Shown here piece by piece: positions 38,822-48,695 of a stretch of DNA of 64,000 bases (position 1 is its first letter; each line of letters starts with the position of its first letter). Source of the stretch: Candidatus Bathyarchaeia archaeon (lineage in GTDB: Archaea > Thermoproteota > Bathyarchaeia > Bathyarchaeales > Bathycorpusculaceae); assembly GCA_049516875.1 (NCBI GenBank), contig JBEKSS010000001.1, forward strand, positions 288,001-352,000, in the 5' to 3' direction. The notes under the pieces were generated by a model. That model had not been told where the DNA came from and made no database searches. It was given only the letters and a program-made list of their open reading frames with translations. The position numbers were made by a program, and so were the translations under genes.

Positions 38822-40954
38822 CTATGATAAGTTTTCTGGGTTAATTGTCTGAGTTGTAGGAAGTCTTTGACCAAAGGAGAGTGAACTCCAAGTTTGGTCC
38901 ACTTCTTGCTGGATCTCTTGGATTTCTTGGTCTGATAAGCTATCGAATCTCCCTTGGGCCTTTAGATATTCACGCACTGGTATTCTTTTTTCTGGTTTCA
39001 GGCTGAGCTTCATTTTGCCTTCTTCGACTTCATAGAGAATCCACGTACCGCTCTGAACAGCAAGCCTAGCCACTCTCACTGTTTCCGATGTTGCGAACCT
39101 CCAGCCGGTCGGGCACGGGGCATGTATGTGCAAGTACGCAAGACCCTTGTCTTCCGCAACTATTTTCGCAGCCTTGCTAACTTTTCTGTTGAGATCCGGA
39201 ATGTAAGCTATTGACGCTGTTGCCACATATGGGATTCTGTGCATGGCCATAAGGGCGGCCATGTCTTTTCTGAACGTCTTCCTTTTCCTTCTTGCTCCAT
39301 ATGGAGTAGTCGTCGTCCAAGCGCCAAATGGAGTGCTTCCACTCTTTTGAATCCCCGTGTTCATGTAAGCCTCGTTGTCGTAGCAGATGTAGATTATCGA
39401 CTCGCCTCGCTCAGCCGCAGCTGAAAGAGCCTGCAAGCCAATGTCCACTGTTCCCCCATCACCAGCGAGGCCGACTACATTTACGTGTGATTTGCCACGG
39501 ATCTTCAGCCCCGCTCTCAGACCTGTAGCCACTGCTGCTGTGCCTGCGAAGACGACTTCAGCAAAAGGCAGCTTTACCAATGGTTTAAGAGCCAAGGCAC
39601 TTTGCATCGTGACACCTGCACAGCCTGGAATGAATGTGAACACTGTATTCTTGCCTAAGGTCTGGAATACGTGGCGAGCGGTCAGCAACATGCCACAACC
39701 TGCACACGCTCGAACTCCAGGGAGAACTATACGGTCCGCATACTTCTCAAGTGGTGCTGACTTGGTAACGGGTATTTGAACCTCGTCGAGCCATTCTACA
39801 GATTCTCCTGTTCCCTTCTTCACACTTTCAAGCGTTTTATTGGCCATGAATTTGAAGTGCTCAATCGTTATCTCTCGGCCGGCTAGTCCTGCGATGAAGT
39901 TTGTTAAACAAGGTTTGTTGTCAAGATTGTACAAGGCTGACTTGAGTTCTGTGAAGACTGCTCCACCGCGTCCGCCGATACCGTGAGTCACGTCACGATC
40001 AACAACAACAACGGCTTTCACATCCTTACATGCTTCTCTCAGTTCTTCGTCTGGAAAGGGTCTATATGATCTGAGCCTAACCAAACCCGCTTGGAACCCT
40101 TCTTTTCGCAGCTCATCTACGGCAACTCTGGCTGTACCGGTCATAGACCCCATTGTCATTAGCAAAAGTTCTGCATCGTTACATCTGTACTTATCTATCA
40201 AACCGTATTCTCTCCCGAATATTTTCCCGTATTCGCTGCCGACTTCTTTCATCACGTTCTTGGCATTGTCCATGCAGTCATCTGTCTGATGCTCAAATGA
40301 AATGACCCAAGGTCGAGGTGGAACGATAGCGGCCATTCTGTTGTCAGGGTCAAGTATGAAGTGTTCAGGGGCATAAGAAGGCAGGAAATTGTCAACGACT
40401 TCTTGATCTGGAATTTCAACGTTCTCAGCCGTGTGAGAAACGAGGAAGCCGTCCATGCAGACCATTGCTGGCAATAGGACTCTCTTGTCCTCAGCGATCT
40501 TGTACGCCTGAATTATCGTATCCAAGACTTCTTGCGCATTTTCTGCGAACAGTTGCAACCAACCGGAAGTGCTCTCCGCCATCGTGTCAGAATAGTCGCA
40601 CGTTGTGGCCCAAGGCGTTGACAAAGTTCGGTTTGCAATGGCCATTACAATGGGCAAGTGATATCCATGAGCGTGGTAGACAAATTCATGCATGTAGGCG
40701 AGACCTTGAGAGGCTGTCGCGGTGAAGACTCTGACTCCGCTCAAAGAGGCACCAATGCAGACGCCCATAGCGCTGTGTTCCGATTCAACAGGAATATATT
40801 CGGCTTTGAGTTCTCCACGGTTGATAAAGTTCGCAAGATGTTCTACAATTGCCGTTGATGGACTGATCGGATATGCAGCTATTACTTTTGGTCTAGAGAG
40901 TTTTGCTCCATGTGCTGCAGCCAAGTTTCCAGACATTAAATCCTTTTTAGGCAT
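38822..40954 (-). CDS. porAB: 2-oxoacid:ferredoxin oxidoreductase, fused alpha+beta subunits
   Basis: N-half YPISP, ESEHSA, TASQGL; C-half CAGC, GDGGT.DIG.Q, DNEAYMNTGIQ, PCPTGW, all in one 710-aa ORF. Confidence 0.92.
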   Translation of the reverse strand: MPKKDLMSGNLAAAHGAKLSRPKVIAAYPISPSTAIVEHLANFINRGELKAEYIPVESEHSAMGVCIGASLSGVRVFTATASQGLAYMHEFVYHAHGYHLPIVMAIANRTLSTPWATTCDYSDTMAESTSGWLQLFAENAQEVLDTIIQAYKIAEDKRVLLPAMVCMDGFLVSHTAENVEIPDQEVVDNFLPSYAPEHFILDPDNRMAAIVPPRPWVISFEHQTDDCMDNAKNVMKEVGSEYGKIFGREYGLIDKYRCNDAELLLMTMGSMTGTARVAVDELRKEGFQAGLVRLRSYRPFPDEELREACKDVKAVVVVDRDVTHGIGGRGGAVFTELKSALYNLDNKPCLTNFIAGLAGREITIEHFKFMANKTLESVKKGTGESVEWLDEVQIPVTKSAPLEKYADRIVLPGVRACAGCGMLLTARHVFQTLGKNTVFTFIPGCAGVTMQSALALKPLVKLPFAEVVFAGTAAVATGLRAGLKIRGKSHVNVVGLAGDGGTVDIGLQALSAAAERGESIIYICYDNEAYMNTGIQKSGSTPFGAWTTTTPYGARRKRKTFRKDMAALMAMHRIPYVATASIAYIPDLNRKVSKAAKIVAEDKGLAYLHIHAPCPTGWRFATSETVRVARLAVQSGTWILYEVEEGKMKLSLKPEKRIPVREYLKAQGRFDSLSDQEIQEIQQEVDQTWSSLSFGQRLPTTQTINPENLS

Positions 40955-40969
40955 AAGCTAACCTCTTGT

Positions 40970-41224
40970 TTACTCTTCTTCCAAGACCATTTCGATGGCC
41001 TCAGTCGGACATTCTTTCGCACATACTCCACAGCCCTTACAGAATACATAGTCAATTTCGACGCCATCTTTTGTCCTGAAGATTACTCCATCCGGACAAA
41101 ACATTACACAGAGACCACACTTCTTGCAAGCCTCGTTCTTCACGACTGGCTTGAACGTTCTCCAACTGCCGGTTTCTGCGCTCTCTGTTTCGGTTCCAAT
41201 AGGAACAAGTGGAAGCTTCTTCAT
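40970..41224 (-). CDS. porD: OFOR delta subunit (2x[4Fe-4S])
   Basis: TGSWRTFKPV, CKKCGLC..CP, DY.FCKGCG.CA.ECP. Confidence 0.93.
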   Translation of the reverse strand: MKKLPLVPIGTETESAETGSWRTFKPVVKNEACKKCGLCVMFCPDGVIFRTKDGVEIDYVFCKGCGVCAKECPTEAIEMVLEEE

Positions 41225-41785
41225 CTAATTCACCTTCAATTCCAAAGCGGTAGTCTTTTCGTAAGCAATCTCAGCTGCCTTGACGTTCTTCTCAGCGGCA
41301 TCCTTAGAGAATCGGTTTGTTATCGCTTTGCGGACTGCTTTAATTCCGACCCAACCAGTAGCAACCGAAAAAGCTCCTAGCATTGCCATGTTCGTGATTG
41401 GGTTGCCAATTGTCTTCAAAGCAATGCCCGTAGCATCGACTGCAGCTATCTTGGACGGCTTACCTTGAATTGTTATTTCGGACGGCTTCATCACCGAATT
41501 GAGAACTACTATGCCGCCCTCCACTAGACCTTCCACAACATTAACCGTCCTTACAAGCTTGGGGTCGAGAACGACAACACAGCTTGGATGGTGGATCTCA
41601 GTCCTGACGCGTATTGGCACATCATCGATTCTTGTGAATGCAACGACTGGAGCCCCGCGCCTTTCTGGTCCAAAGTAAGGAAAGGACTGTGCATATTTTC
41701 CTTCATAGAATGCGGCTAGGGCAAGAATCTCCCCTGCGGTCGCGGCTCCTTGGCCTCCTCTTCCATGAATTCTGATCTCCTTCAT
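41225..41785 (-). CDS. porG: OFOR gamma subunit
   Basis: [27 protein letters not shown]. Confidence 0.93.
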   Translation of the reverse strand: MKEIRIHGRGGQGAATAGEILALAAFYEGKYAQSFPYFGPERRGAPVVAFTRIDDVPIRVRTEIHHPSCVVVLDPKLVRTVNVVEGLVEGGIVVLNSVMKPSEITIQGKPSKIAAVDATGIALKTIGNPITNMAMLGAFSVATGWVGIKAVRKAITNRFSKDAAEKNVKAAEIAYEKTTALELKVN

Positions 41786-43014
41786 CTTCTCATCTCAAGG
41801 AGTTTCTCATCGTATGGCGCTGTGGAAAGAACCTCATTTCCCCTTTCGGTTATCATGATTGTGTCCTCCAATCTCACACCTCCAACGCCGTGGACCGCGA
41901 CAGTAGGCTCCATTGAGAATATCATCCCCGGCTCTAGCTTGAACTTCACGAACTTCTGGTCACCGGTTAATACACGTTCCCCGATGAACGGGGCTTCTAA
42001 GCCAGCCACGCCTATACTGTGACCAAGCACACCGAAGTAAGCTTCTTTTTCGAACCCATGCTCCTTCATGACGTCTCTCGCGGCTTTGTTGACGTCCGTG
42101 TTGAGCGCTCCTGGCTTCATTACTTTGATGATGGTTTGTATTGAGTCGTATACGGTTCTGTAGATTTCTTTTTGTTTTTCAGTTGGATTTCCATGAATGA
42201 CGGTACGCGTCTGGTCTGAAAAGTATCCATTGAAGCACCCTCCAAGATCCAAGAACACTAATTCTCCTCTTCTTATCGGCTTGTCGGACGCAAACCTGTA
42301 GAGCGGCATCGTGTGATTCCCAGAGGCAATGATCAAGTTGCATTGAGGAACTTCCATTCCAAAGGAGTAGAGAATTCGCATTGCTTCGCCGAGCAGTTCA
42401 CATTCTCTCTTTCCAGATTGAATTAGACTTATGGTGCCTTCCAGGGCAAAGGATGCGATAGCGGAAGATACCCGCATCAGTTCTCTCTCCTCTGCTGTCT
42501 TTAAAACCCTTGCTTTTACGAAAACTTCGTCTCCATCGACGAAAGTTGCGTTCGGCAATGCCTGTTGCAGTCGTTGAGTCAGTCCGAACCGTGTGGCGTC
42601 TATCCCTATTCTGCCATCAGCAGCACCCATGCTGGTCAATTCCTTCTTGAACCCGTTTACTGCTGTTTTGAAAACTTCCAAGTCCTCCAAGACTGCAAGG
42701 GGTCGGATATCTTCTTTCTTGAGCCACGGCATCGTTGCTGTAGCGCGCGCCCAGTCGCCGCTTGCCACGTATAGAATCGGATCCTGATCTCTTGAGACAA
42801 TTGCGGCGTTCCTTGTGACTGCCATTCCGGTTGTCCACCACAATGGCCTATATGACGTGGTGTATCGAATGTTTTCGGGTCGGAACGCAAGAATAGCGTC
42901 GATTTCTTGTTCTTTCATCTGTTCCTTGAGTCTTGCGAGGCGCCCTTTCCTTAGTTTTTGAAAGTCTACGCGTTCTTCCCAATCGACACCAAACTGTCCA
43001 TATACATGCGACAT
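41782..43014 (-). CDS. M24 family (Xaa-Pro peptidase/creatinase-like) hydrolase
   Basis: Creatinase N-domain, DLG...GYFSD.TRT, GHSIG, EP, GVRLED. Confidence 0.88.
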   Translation of the reverse strand: MSHVYGQFGVDWEERVDFQKLRKGRLARLKEQMKEQEIDAILAFRPENIRYTTSYRPLWWTTGMAVTRNAAIVSRDQDPILYVASGDWARATATMPWLKKEDIRPLAVLEDLEVFKTAVNGFKKELTSMGAADGRIGIDATRFGLTQRLQQALPNATFVDGDEVFVKARVLKTAEERELMRVSSAIASFALEGTISLIQSGKRECELLGEAMRILYSFGMEVPQCNLIIASGNHTMPLYRFASDKPIRRGELVFLDLGGCFNGYFSDQTRTVIHGNPTEKQKEIYRTVYDSIQTIIKVMKPGALNTDVNKAARDVMKEHGFEKEAYFGVLGHSIGVAGLEAPFIGERVLTGDQKFVKFKLEPGMIFSMEPTVAVHGVGGVRLEDTIMITERGNEVLSTAPYDEKLLEMRR

Positions 43015-43020
43015 TTCGTC

Positions 43021-44952
43021 TCACGTTTTCGCATTTTTTGTGTAAGACTTGGGTAATACTCCGTGTTTTTCCAAGTCGTCTGCAACATCCTTAAGATCCA
43101 GTTCTTCCAGTTTCTCTCGAGAGGGGATGCCTTTTTTGACGTCCCATCCTCTTGCCTTGTAGTAAGCCCTCTTCATGACGTCCAGTCGAACCACCTGACC
43201 TTTAGCGGGGCCATCGGAAACGGGTTCTTTCAGGAAATACTCAGGTATTGTATCATCTTTACTTGTCACGCCAAGCCTCATGTTGTAGCATTTCATCAGG
43301 TGATAGATTCTCTCGCCGCCTCTCTGCAGTTCCTGTTCTGACATGCCCCAACCAGTTGCGGCAGACATCATTCCCGCAATCATTTTTGCGCTGACGCTTT
43401 GAAACAGGAACAAACACTCGAGTATACATAATCCAGTGGACGCCAATACTTGTATGAAATCCTCGTGCCACTTTACCATCGGTCCTTTCGCAGGATCGTC
43501 CGAATATGGGAAAACTATGTTTTCGCTCCCGAAGAATTTCTTGGCCGTCTCTCGATCTCCCACTACCTCGAATACAGGATATCCCTTGAGATGATCAGCT
43601 CCTCTGGGGTTGACGGCATATGCCAGAGCCCAGCTCTTACCGCCTCTGAGATCTTTGTATGTCATTCCGAGACCTTTTATGTGCCCTGGTCTGGGAAACT
43701 TCAGGTTCATCGCCTCACAGGCACCTTTGACCCCTTTTGCAAGAATCTTGCCAAAACCTTCGACATGGGCGATCTTGTCCATGATTTGGGTCATTGCTTC
43801 GACATTGCCCCATGTTAATTCTATTCCGCCTGTTTGTTCTTTTGTTATGATTCCTTTTTCGTACCATTCCATCGACATGCCGATTACGTCTCCAAGCTCA
43901 TGGATGTCGATTGCTAGTTTGTTCGACAAATCTTGAAGGTAACATATGGCTGCTAGGTCGTTGTTGCCAACATTTGTCCCGAAGGCTTCTGCCGCTGTAA
44001 GCTCAGGCTTGCCTCCCATCGTTCCTGCGAACTTGCCTTCTTCTATGGAATGGAAGTGTGTGCAATGTATCGGACATGCGAAGCAGGCCATACTTCTGAC
44101 TTTGTACTTCTTTTCAAGAGTTTCTGAGGTTATGTCTTCAAGATTTTCCAGATAATGCTCGGTTCCATTCTTTACACGTGCAAGTCCCATATCGTTGTAC
44201 GAAGCTATTTGGTCCAGAGTTCCATAAGTTGCGAAACGCTTGTATGAGTGGTGACCCATTATAGACAAGACGGATTCGTTCACGAAGTTTTCGAACTCGT
44301 CTACTCTTGCAATTTGAACTGCTCTCGTTCCCCTAACCGCGATTGCTTTCAAGTTCTTTGATCCCATAACCGCTCCTAGACCGGTTCTTGCAGCAGCTCT
44401 GTATCTTTGGACAATTACGCTGGCCATCAGAACCTTGTTTTCTCCAGCGGGTCCTGTGATTGCGGTTCTAATCTCTTCATCTCCAAGTTCATCTTTGATT
44501 ATTTGGTCAGTTTCCCACGTATCTTTTCCCCACAGATGCTCACCGTTTTTAATCTCGACATTGTCATCGTCAATCCAAACGTATACGGGCTTCTTTGCCT
44601 TTCCTTCTACTACTATTTGATCATAACCAGCGAATTTCACTGTAGGACCAAAATCTCCACCAGAATTTGCATCTCCGAAGATTCCGGTCAAAGGCGACCT
44701 AGCTGTGAAGGTGACCCTTGAGCAACACGGCGCCAGTGTTCCAGAGAGTGCACCGATCCCGACCATAAGGAGATTGTCCGGGCTAAAGGGGTCTACATTC
44801 GGTCCAACATGATCATACAAGACTCTGGCGTTGAAACCTGACCCGCCAATGTACTTTCTTGCAAAATCCATGTTCAAAGGTTCTTTTACGATCTTGTCGT
44901 TTGAAAGATTGATTCTTAGAATAGTTCCTGCATAACCGTACAGAGGCATCAC
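43021..44952 (-). CDS. aor: Tungsten aldehyde:ferredoxin oxidoreductase family protein
   Basis: GYAG.ILRINLS, SPLTG, GPAGE, AAR.GLGAVMGSKNLKAI, CFACPIHC, RGADH, YY.ARGWD. Confidence 0.93.
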   Translation of the reverse strand: MMPLYGYAGTILRINLSNDKIVKEPLNMDFARKYIGGSGFNARVLYDHVGPNVDPFSPDNLLMVGIGALSGTLAPCCSRVTFTARSPLTGIFGDANSGGDFGPTVKFAGYDQIVVEGKAKKPVYVWIDDDNVEIKNGEHLWGKDTWETDQIIKDELGDEEIRTAITGPAGENKVLMASVIVQRYRAAARTGLGAVMGSKNLKAIAVRGTRAVQIARVDEFENFVNESVLSIMGHHSYKRFATYGTLDQIASYNDMGLARVKNGTEHYLENLEDITSETLEKKYKVRSMACFACPIHCTHFHSIEEGKFAGTMGGKPELTAAEAFGTNVGNNDLAAICYLQDLSNKLAIDIHELGDVIGMSMEWYEKGIITKEQTGGIELTWGNVEAMTQIMDKIAHVEGFGKILAKGVKGACEAMNLKFPRPGHIKGLGMTYKDLRGGKSWALAYAVNPRGADHLKGYPVFEVVGDRETAKKFFGSENIVFPYSDDPAKGPMVKWHEDFIQVLASTGLCILECLFLFQSVSAKMIAGMMSAATGWGMSEQELQRGGERIYHLMKCYNMRLGVTSKDDTIPEYFLKEPVSDGPAKGQVVRLDVMKRAYYKARGWDVKKGIPSREKLEELDLKDVADDLEKHGVLPKSYTKNAKT

Positions 44953-45512
44953 TCCTTTTTCGCGTCAGACAGAATCCGGTCGCGGCCACTGTAGTAGATC
45001 TTCTGAAGTATCGCTTCCTTATCCTTCACCGCATGCGCATCTTTTATTGCGGCTCTTCTCATTTTTTTCAGGTGCTGTTTGTCCGTGCGTACATATCTGA
45101 TTGCTTCAGTTGGACACCATTGGGCGCATTGAGGGTCTCCTCCGCAAAGGTCACACTTGTCAATTCTGCCTTCAGGGTTCATCCACACGAGCCCCCAAGG
45201 ACATGCAACAATACAAGAACGACATCCAACACACTTCGCAGAATCAACCAGAACGGCATCAGTGGAGCTGTCTCTGTATATTGCACCAGTTGGACATGCG
45301 TACATGCAAAAAGCCTCAGTACATTGCTTGCACACTGCAGGGATAAACAATCCTTGAGATTCCAGCCGAACAACATGAAGCAAGGCTCTAGAAGGGTTTG
45401 ATTCTCTCCGATGATGAAGCGAGCAGCGTAGTTCACATATCCTGCAACCAGTACAAACATCAGGGTCTACAATCAAGAATTTTTGGGAATTCTCCCTCAT
45501 ATGACCATGCAC
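44949..45512 (-). CDS. 4Fe-4S dicluster electron-transfer subunit (AorA/CooF-like)
   Basis: Four Cys clusters: CTGCRICE.C, CKQC..C..CP, CVGC..C..CP, CDLC..C..CP. Confidence 0.9.
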   Translation of the reverse strand: MHGHMRENSQKFLIVDPDVCTGCRICELRCSLHHRRESNPSRALLHVVRLESQGLFIPAVCKQCTEAFCMYACPTGAIYRDSSTDAVLVDSAKCVGCRSCIVACPWGLVWMNPEGRIDKCDLCGGDPQCAQWCPTEAIRYVRTDKQHLKKMRRAAIKDAHAVKDKEAILQKIYYSGRDRILSDAKKE

Positions 45513-45604
45513 CTAAGACGCATGCTTTTAGGGTATTTCCGTGACTTATCTTTCTTTCGACAAAAAGCAAGTCTTTTTAACGAGACTCTTCAATACTTCG
45601 CGAA

Positions 45605-46930
45605 GTGAGCTTGTTGCCAACTTCACATTTTGACCTAATAGTAATCGGCGGCGGAGTGGCAGGAATTCAAGCATCTCTTGAGGCAAAAAAGCTACAGCCA
45701 AGAAAATCAGTCGCACTAGTCACTGATGAAATAATCACGTATTCGAGACCCTCTCTTACTGCCGTGATCTCTGGCGCAGTGAACGATGTTGACAGAATAG
45801 GAATTTTCTCTCCTGAAACCTTGAAGAGCTCAGGTATTCAGCTTCTTTCAGGACACGAGATCTCCGAAATTGAACACCCTGCTCACACAGTCTACATGAA
45901 GAAGATAGGACAAAAACAATCAGGTAGTGCTTCTCCCTTTAATTATGAAAAACTGGTAATTGCAACTGGTGCGATACCACTGGTACCTAGAACTGAAGGA
46001 GGGGGGCTTACTGGAGTCTTCACTGTCCGAAAGTTCCAAGAAGCCCTTGCTGCTTCAAAGTTCATATCAAGTGGGATGACAGCTCACGTGGTAGGCGCAG
46101 GTTTCGTCGGACTCGACACTGCAGAAGCCTTAGCACGCAGAAGACTGAGCGTGACGCTCATAGTTCGTTCAAGAATCCTGAGAGGCATCTTGGAACAAGA
46201 TCTTTCTCAGGCATTAGTTGACCGTGCACAGATGCACGGCGTCAAAATATTGAACGGAGTTACGCTAGAAAGAATCGAAGGAAACCGAAAGGTAGAACGA
46301 GTGGTCATAGACGAAAAGGCACTCAAATCAGACGTCGTTATATTCGCAACTGGAGTTGAACCTGATACAAAACTAGCTCAATCCATGGGTTTGGTCACTG
46401 CTCGAAATGGCGCCATCAGAACCGACAAGAGCATGCAGACCAACCTAAATGGTGTTTACGCAACTGGTGATTGTTCAGAAAGCATCGACTTCGTCAGTGG
46501 CAAGAGTGTATACCGCCCACTGGGCAGTATTGCAGCACTAACCGCAAAAATTGCAGGAGCCAACGCTGTGGGCGTTGAGAAAATATACGAAGGGATCATA
46601 AGAAGGCAGTACAACAGAATATTCGACACAGAGATAATAAGCATTGGCTTAAGCACGGAAGAAGCGAAGAATCACAACATAAAAGCTAAAGCATTCAAAG
46701 TGAGGATAAAAAAACCGGAACTCTTGCTATTTCCTCAACTGGTGTCAAAGAATTTGATGAGAGTAATTGTGAACGAGGATACAGACGCTGTGATCGGATG
46801 GCAAGCGATCGGAATCAGACAAACTTCCCTGTTCTCACACTACTTCCATGACTGCATTTTCAATAGAAGAAAGCTCGAGGACGTTAATGCCTCAGGACAA
46901 AACATTGAGCTCGTCCTTGAACAGAAATAG
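45605..46930 (+). CDS. FAD-dependent pyridine nucleotide oxidoreductase (Nox-like, no redox Cys)
   Basis: GGGVAG, YSRP.L, IATG, GAGFVG, ATGD. Confidence 0.88.
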   Translation: MSLLPTSHFDLIVIGGGVAGIQASLEAKKLQPRKSVALVTDEIITYSRPSLTAVISGAVNDVDRIGIFSPETLKSSGIQLLSGHEISEIEHPAHTVYMKKIGQKQSGSASPFNYEKLVIATGAIPLVPRTEGGGLTGVFTVRKFQEALAASKFISSGMTAHVVGAGFVGLDTAEALARRRLSVTLIVRSRILRGILEQDLSQALVDRAQMHGVKILNGVTLERIEGNRKVERVVIDEKALKSDVVIFATGVEPDTKLAQSMGLVTARNGAIRTDKSMQTNLNGVYATGDCSESIDFVSGKSVYRPLGSIAALTAKIAGANAVGVEKIYEGIIRRQYNRIFDTEIISIGLSTEEAKNHNIKAKAFKVRIKKPELLLFPQLVSKNLMRVIVNEDTDAVIGWQAIGIRQTSLFSHYFHDCIFNRRKLEDVNASGQNIELVLEQK

Positions 46931-46931
46931 T

Positions 46932-48113
46932 CTATCTCAGCTTTTCCAGACTGCCCTCTATTCTCTGAAGCGCAATTTCTATCTGTTTGATGGAAGCGGC
47001 ATAGGTTAGTCTAATATGGCCTTCGCCAAGATTGCCGTACGCGATTCCGGGATAGACAGCGACTTTCGCCTTCTCAATCAGGAATTGAGTCATCTTGAGC
47101 GAATCCAATCCAAATGCTTTAACGTTTGGAAAAACGAAAAATGCTCCTTTAGGCAATTGACATGAGAGACCATCGATTGAATTTATCCTCCCAACGATGA
47201 AACGTCGGCGCTTGTCGAATTCTTTGACCATCTCACTTACACAGCCTTGGGGTCCCCTAAGTGCTGCAACAGCAGCCTTTTGAACAACAGCGTTTGTACA
47301 CAAAACGATGGAACTCTGAATCTGCAAGAGGTCGTCAACGAGACTCTTCTTGGCAGCTAGATAGCCGATTCTCCAGCCAGTCATCGCGTAAGTTTTCGAA
47401 AAACTTCCAATCAGAATTGTGCGCTCTTTCATGTCGGGAACAGACAAAATGCTTGAATGCCTTACACCATCATAGACGATTTTTTCATATGCTTCATCAG
47501 TCAATGCTATCAAGTTTTTTTTCTTGGTTATATCAGCTATTGCGACGATGTCTTTTCGATCAATCACCATCCCAGTGGGATTGCTCGGCGAGTTAAGGAT
47601 AATCATTTTGGATGCCTTGGTAATTCTTTTTTCAATCTCGGATGGTTCAAGTCGAAAACCTTCCTCTTCTTTAAGAGGTATCGGAACTGGAATCCCGCCT
47701 GCAAATCGAATACAAACCGGATACCCAACATAGCAGGGATCGGGTATAAGCACCTCGTCTCCTGGATTAATCACACCCATGATTGCAAGAAAAATACCCT
47801 GTATTGCTCCAGGCGTTGCAATTACCTCAGAAGATCTTAGGTCTACATCCTGTTCCCTTTGGATCTTTTCTGCTACGGCCTCTCTGAACTCTGGAATCCC
47901 GCCAGTTGGCGTGTAGAAAGTATTCCCTTCATCCAAAGCTCTTTTCGCTGCCTCTCTTATATGATCAGGCGTCAAAAAATCTGGTTCCCCCGACGTGAGT
48001 TTGATGACATCTTTTGTTTTCAGCGCCAGCTCGCGCATTTTCGAAGCTTCCAAAGAGCTCAAGGAAAGAATTGCTTTAAGTCTCTCAGACGCCCAGTTGT
48101 GCTCGGCATTCAT
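46932..48113 (-). CDS. Class I PLP aminotransferase (aspartate/aromatic)
   Basis: GEPDF.TP, NSPSNPTG, DEAY, SFSKTYAMTGWRIG. Confidence 0.93.
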   Translation of the reverse strand: MNAEHNWASERLKAILSLSSLEASKMRELALKTKDVIKLTSGEPDFLTPDHIREAAKRALDEGNTFYTPTGGIPEFREAVAEKIQREQDVDLRSSEVIATPGAIQGIFLAIMGVINPGDEVLIPDPCYVGYPVCIRFAGGIPVPIPLKEEEGFRLEPSEIEKRITKASKMIILNSPSNPTGMVIDRKDIVAIADITKKKNLIALTDEAYEKIVYDGVRHSSILSVPDMKERTILIGSFSKTYAMTGWRIGYLAAKKSLVDDLLQIQSSIVLCTNAVVQKAAVAALRGPQGCVSEMVKEFDKRRRFIVGRINSIDGLSCQLPKGAFFVFPNVKAFGLDSLKMTQFLIEKAKVAVYPGIAYGNLGEGHIRLTYAASIKQIEIALQRIEGSLEKLR

Positions 48114-48201
48114 AGTTCATTACCTTACTCCTAATGCTTCCTAGGTCTTTAAAAAAGCTGCTATGTACATCTTAAACGAAGCCATGCTACTCGGCTCTTT
48201 C

Positions 48202-48233
48202 TAGCGCGTGCCTCCAAAGTCTGATGCACGCGC
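48202..48233. repeat. Paired degenerate GC motifs (hairpin)
   Basis: TA-GCGCGTGC-N14-GCACGCGC, a perfect 8-bp inverted repeat. Confidence 0.6.
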
Positions 48234-48314
48234 CACGGCAACAGAACAAGCACAAAGGAAACGACAAACTACTCTCACTATTGCATGAGTCATGCATTCG
48301 TTTGAGTCTAAAAA

Positions 48315-48443
48315 AAATCACGAATTGAGCACTCAAACACAAGGACTCGAAACCCAACATCGCAGCCAACATGCCACAACAATGTTTTGACACTCAAAGA
48401 AATCACGACTTGAGCACTCAAACACAAGGGCTCAAATTCCAAC
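48315..48443. repeat. 44-bp direct repeat x2 (period 85) with TTGAGCACTCAA palindromes
   Basis: AAATCACGA(A/C)TTGAGCACTCAAACACAAGG(A/G)CTC at 48315 and 48400; TTTGACACTCAAA lies between them. Confidence 0.8.
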
Positions 48444-48695
48444 TGAGCTATTGAAGCTGAAGTTCCACAGGCTTTAACAAAGTCCGCGCTTAGTTTTCGG
48501 CCAAACAACGAATACAGAGGCCCTGCATTCTTGGCATGTCGAAAGGCTCCTAGAAAACAACACCCATACTTTTTCACTCTGGACAATTGAAAAAAGCACA
48601 AAACCAATCATGATATTGCCCTCACCCATTTCAATAATGATATATCCACGCCTGCTTCAATGAAATATGAATCAAGAAACAAAAAAGGGACACAG

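Noticed and set aside
42741-42750. TAGCGCGCGC inside the M24 gene (similar runs at 22842, 30489, 38254, 54257, 57834)
   Set aside because: They fall in intact ORFs as Ala-Arg-Ala-type codons with no disruption, so they were not counted as junctions, though they could be latent targets.
48315-48443. CRISPR mini-array
   Set aside because: Only two imperfect 44-bp copies, and no cas genes or leader.
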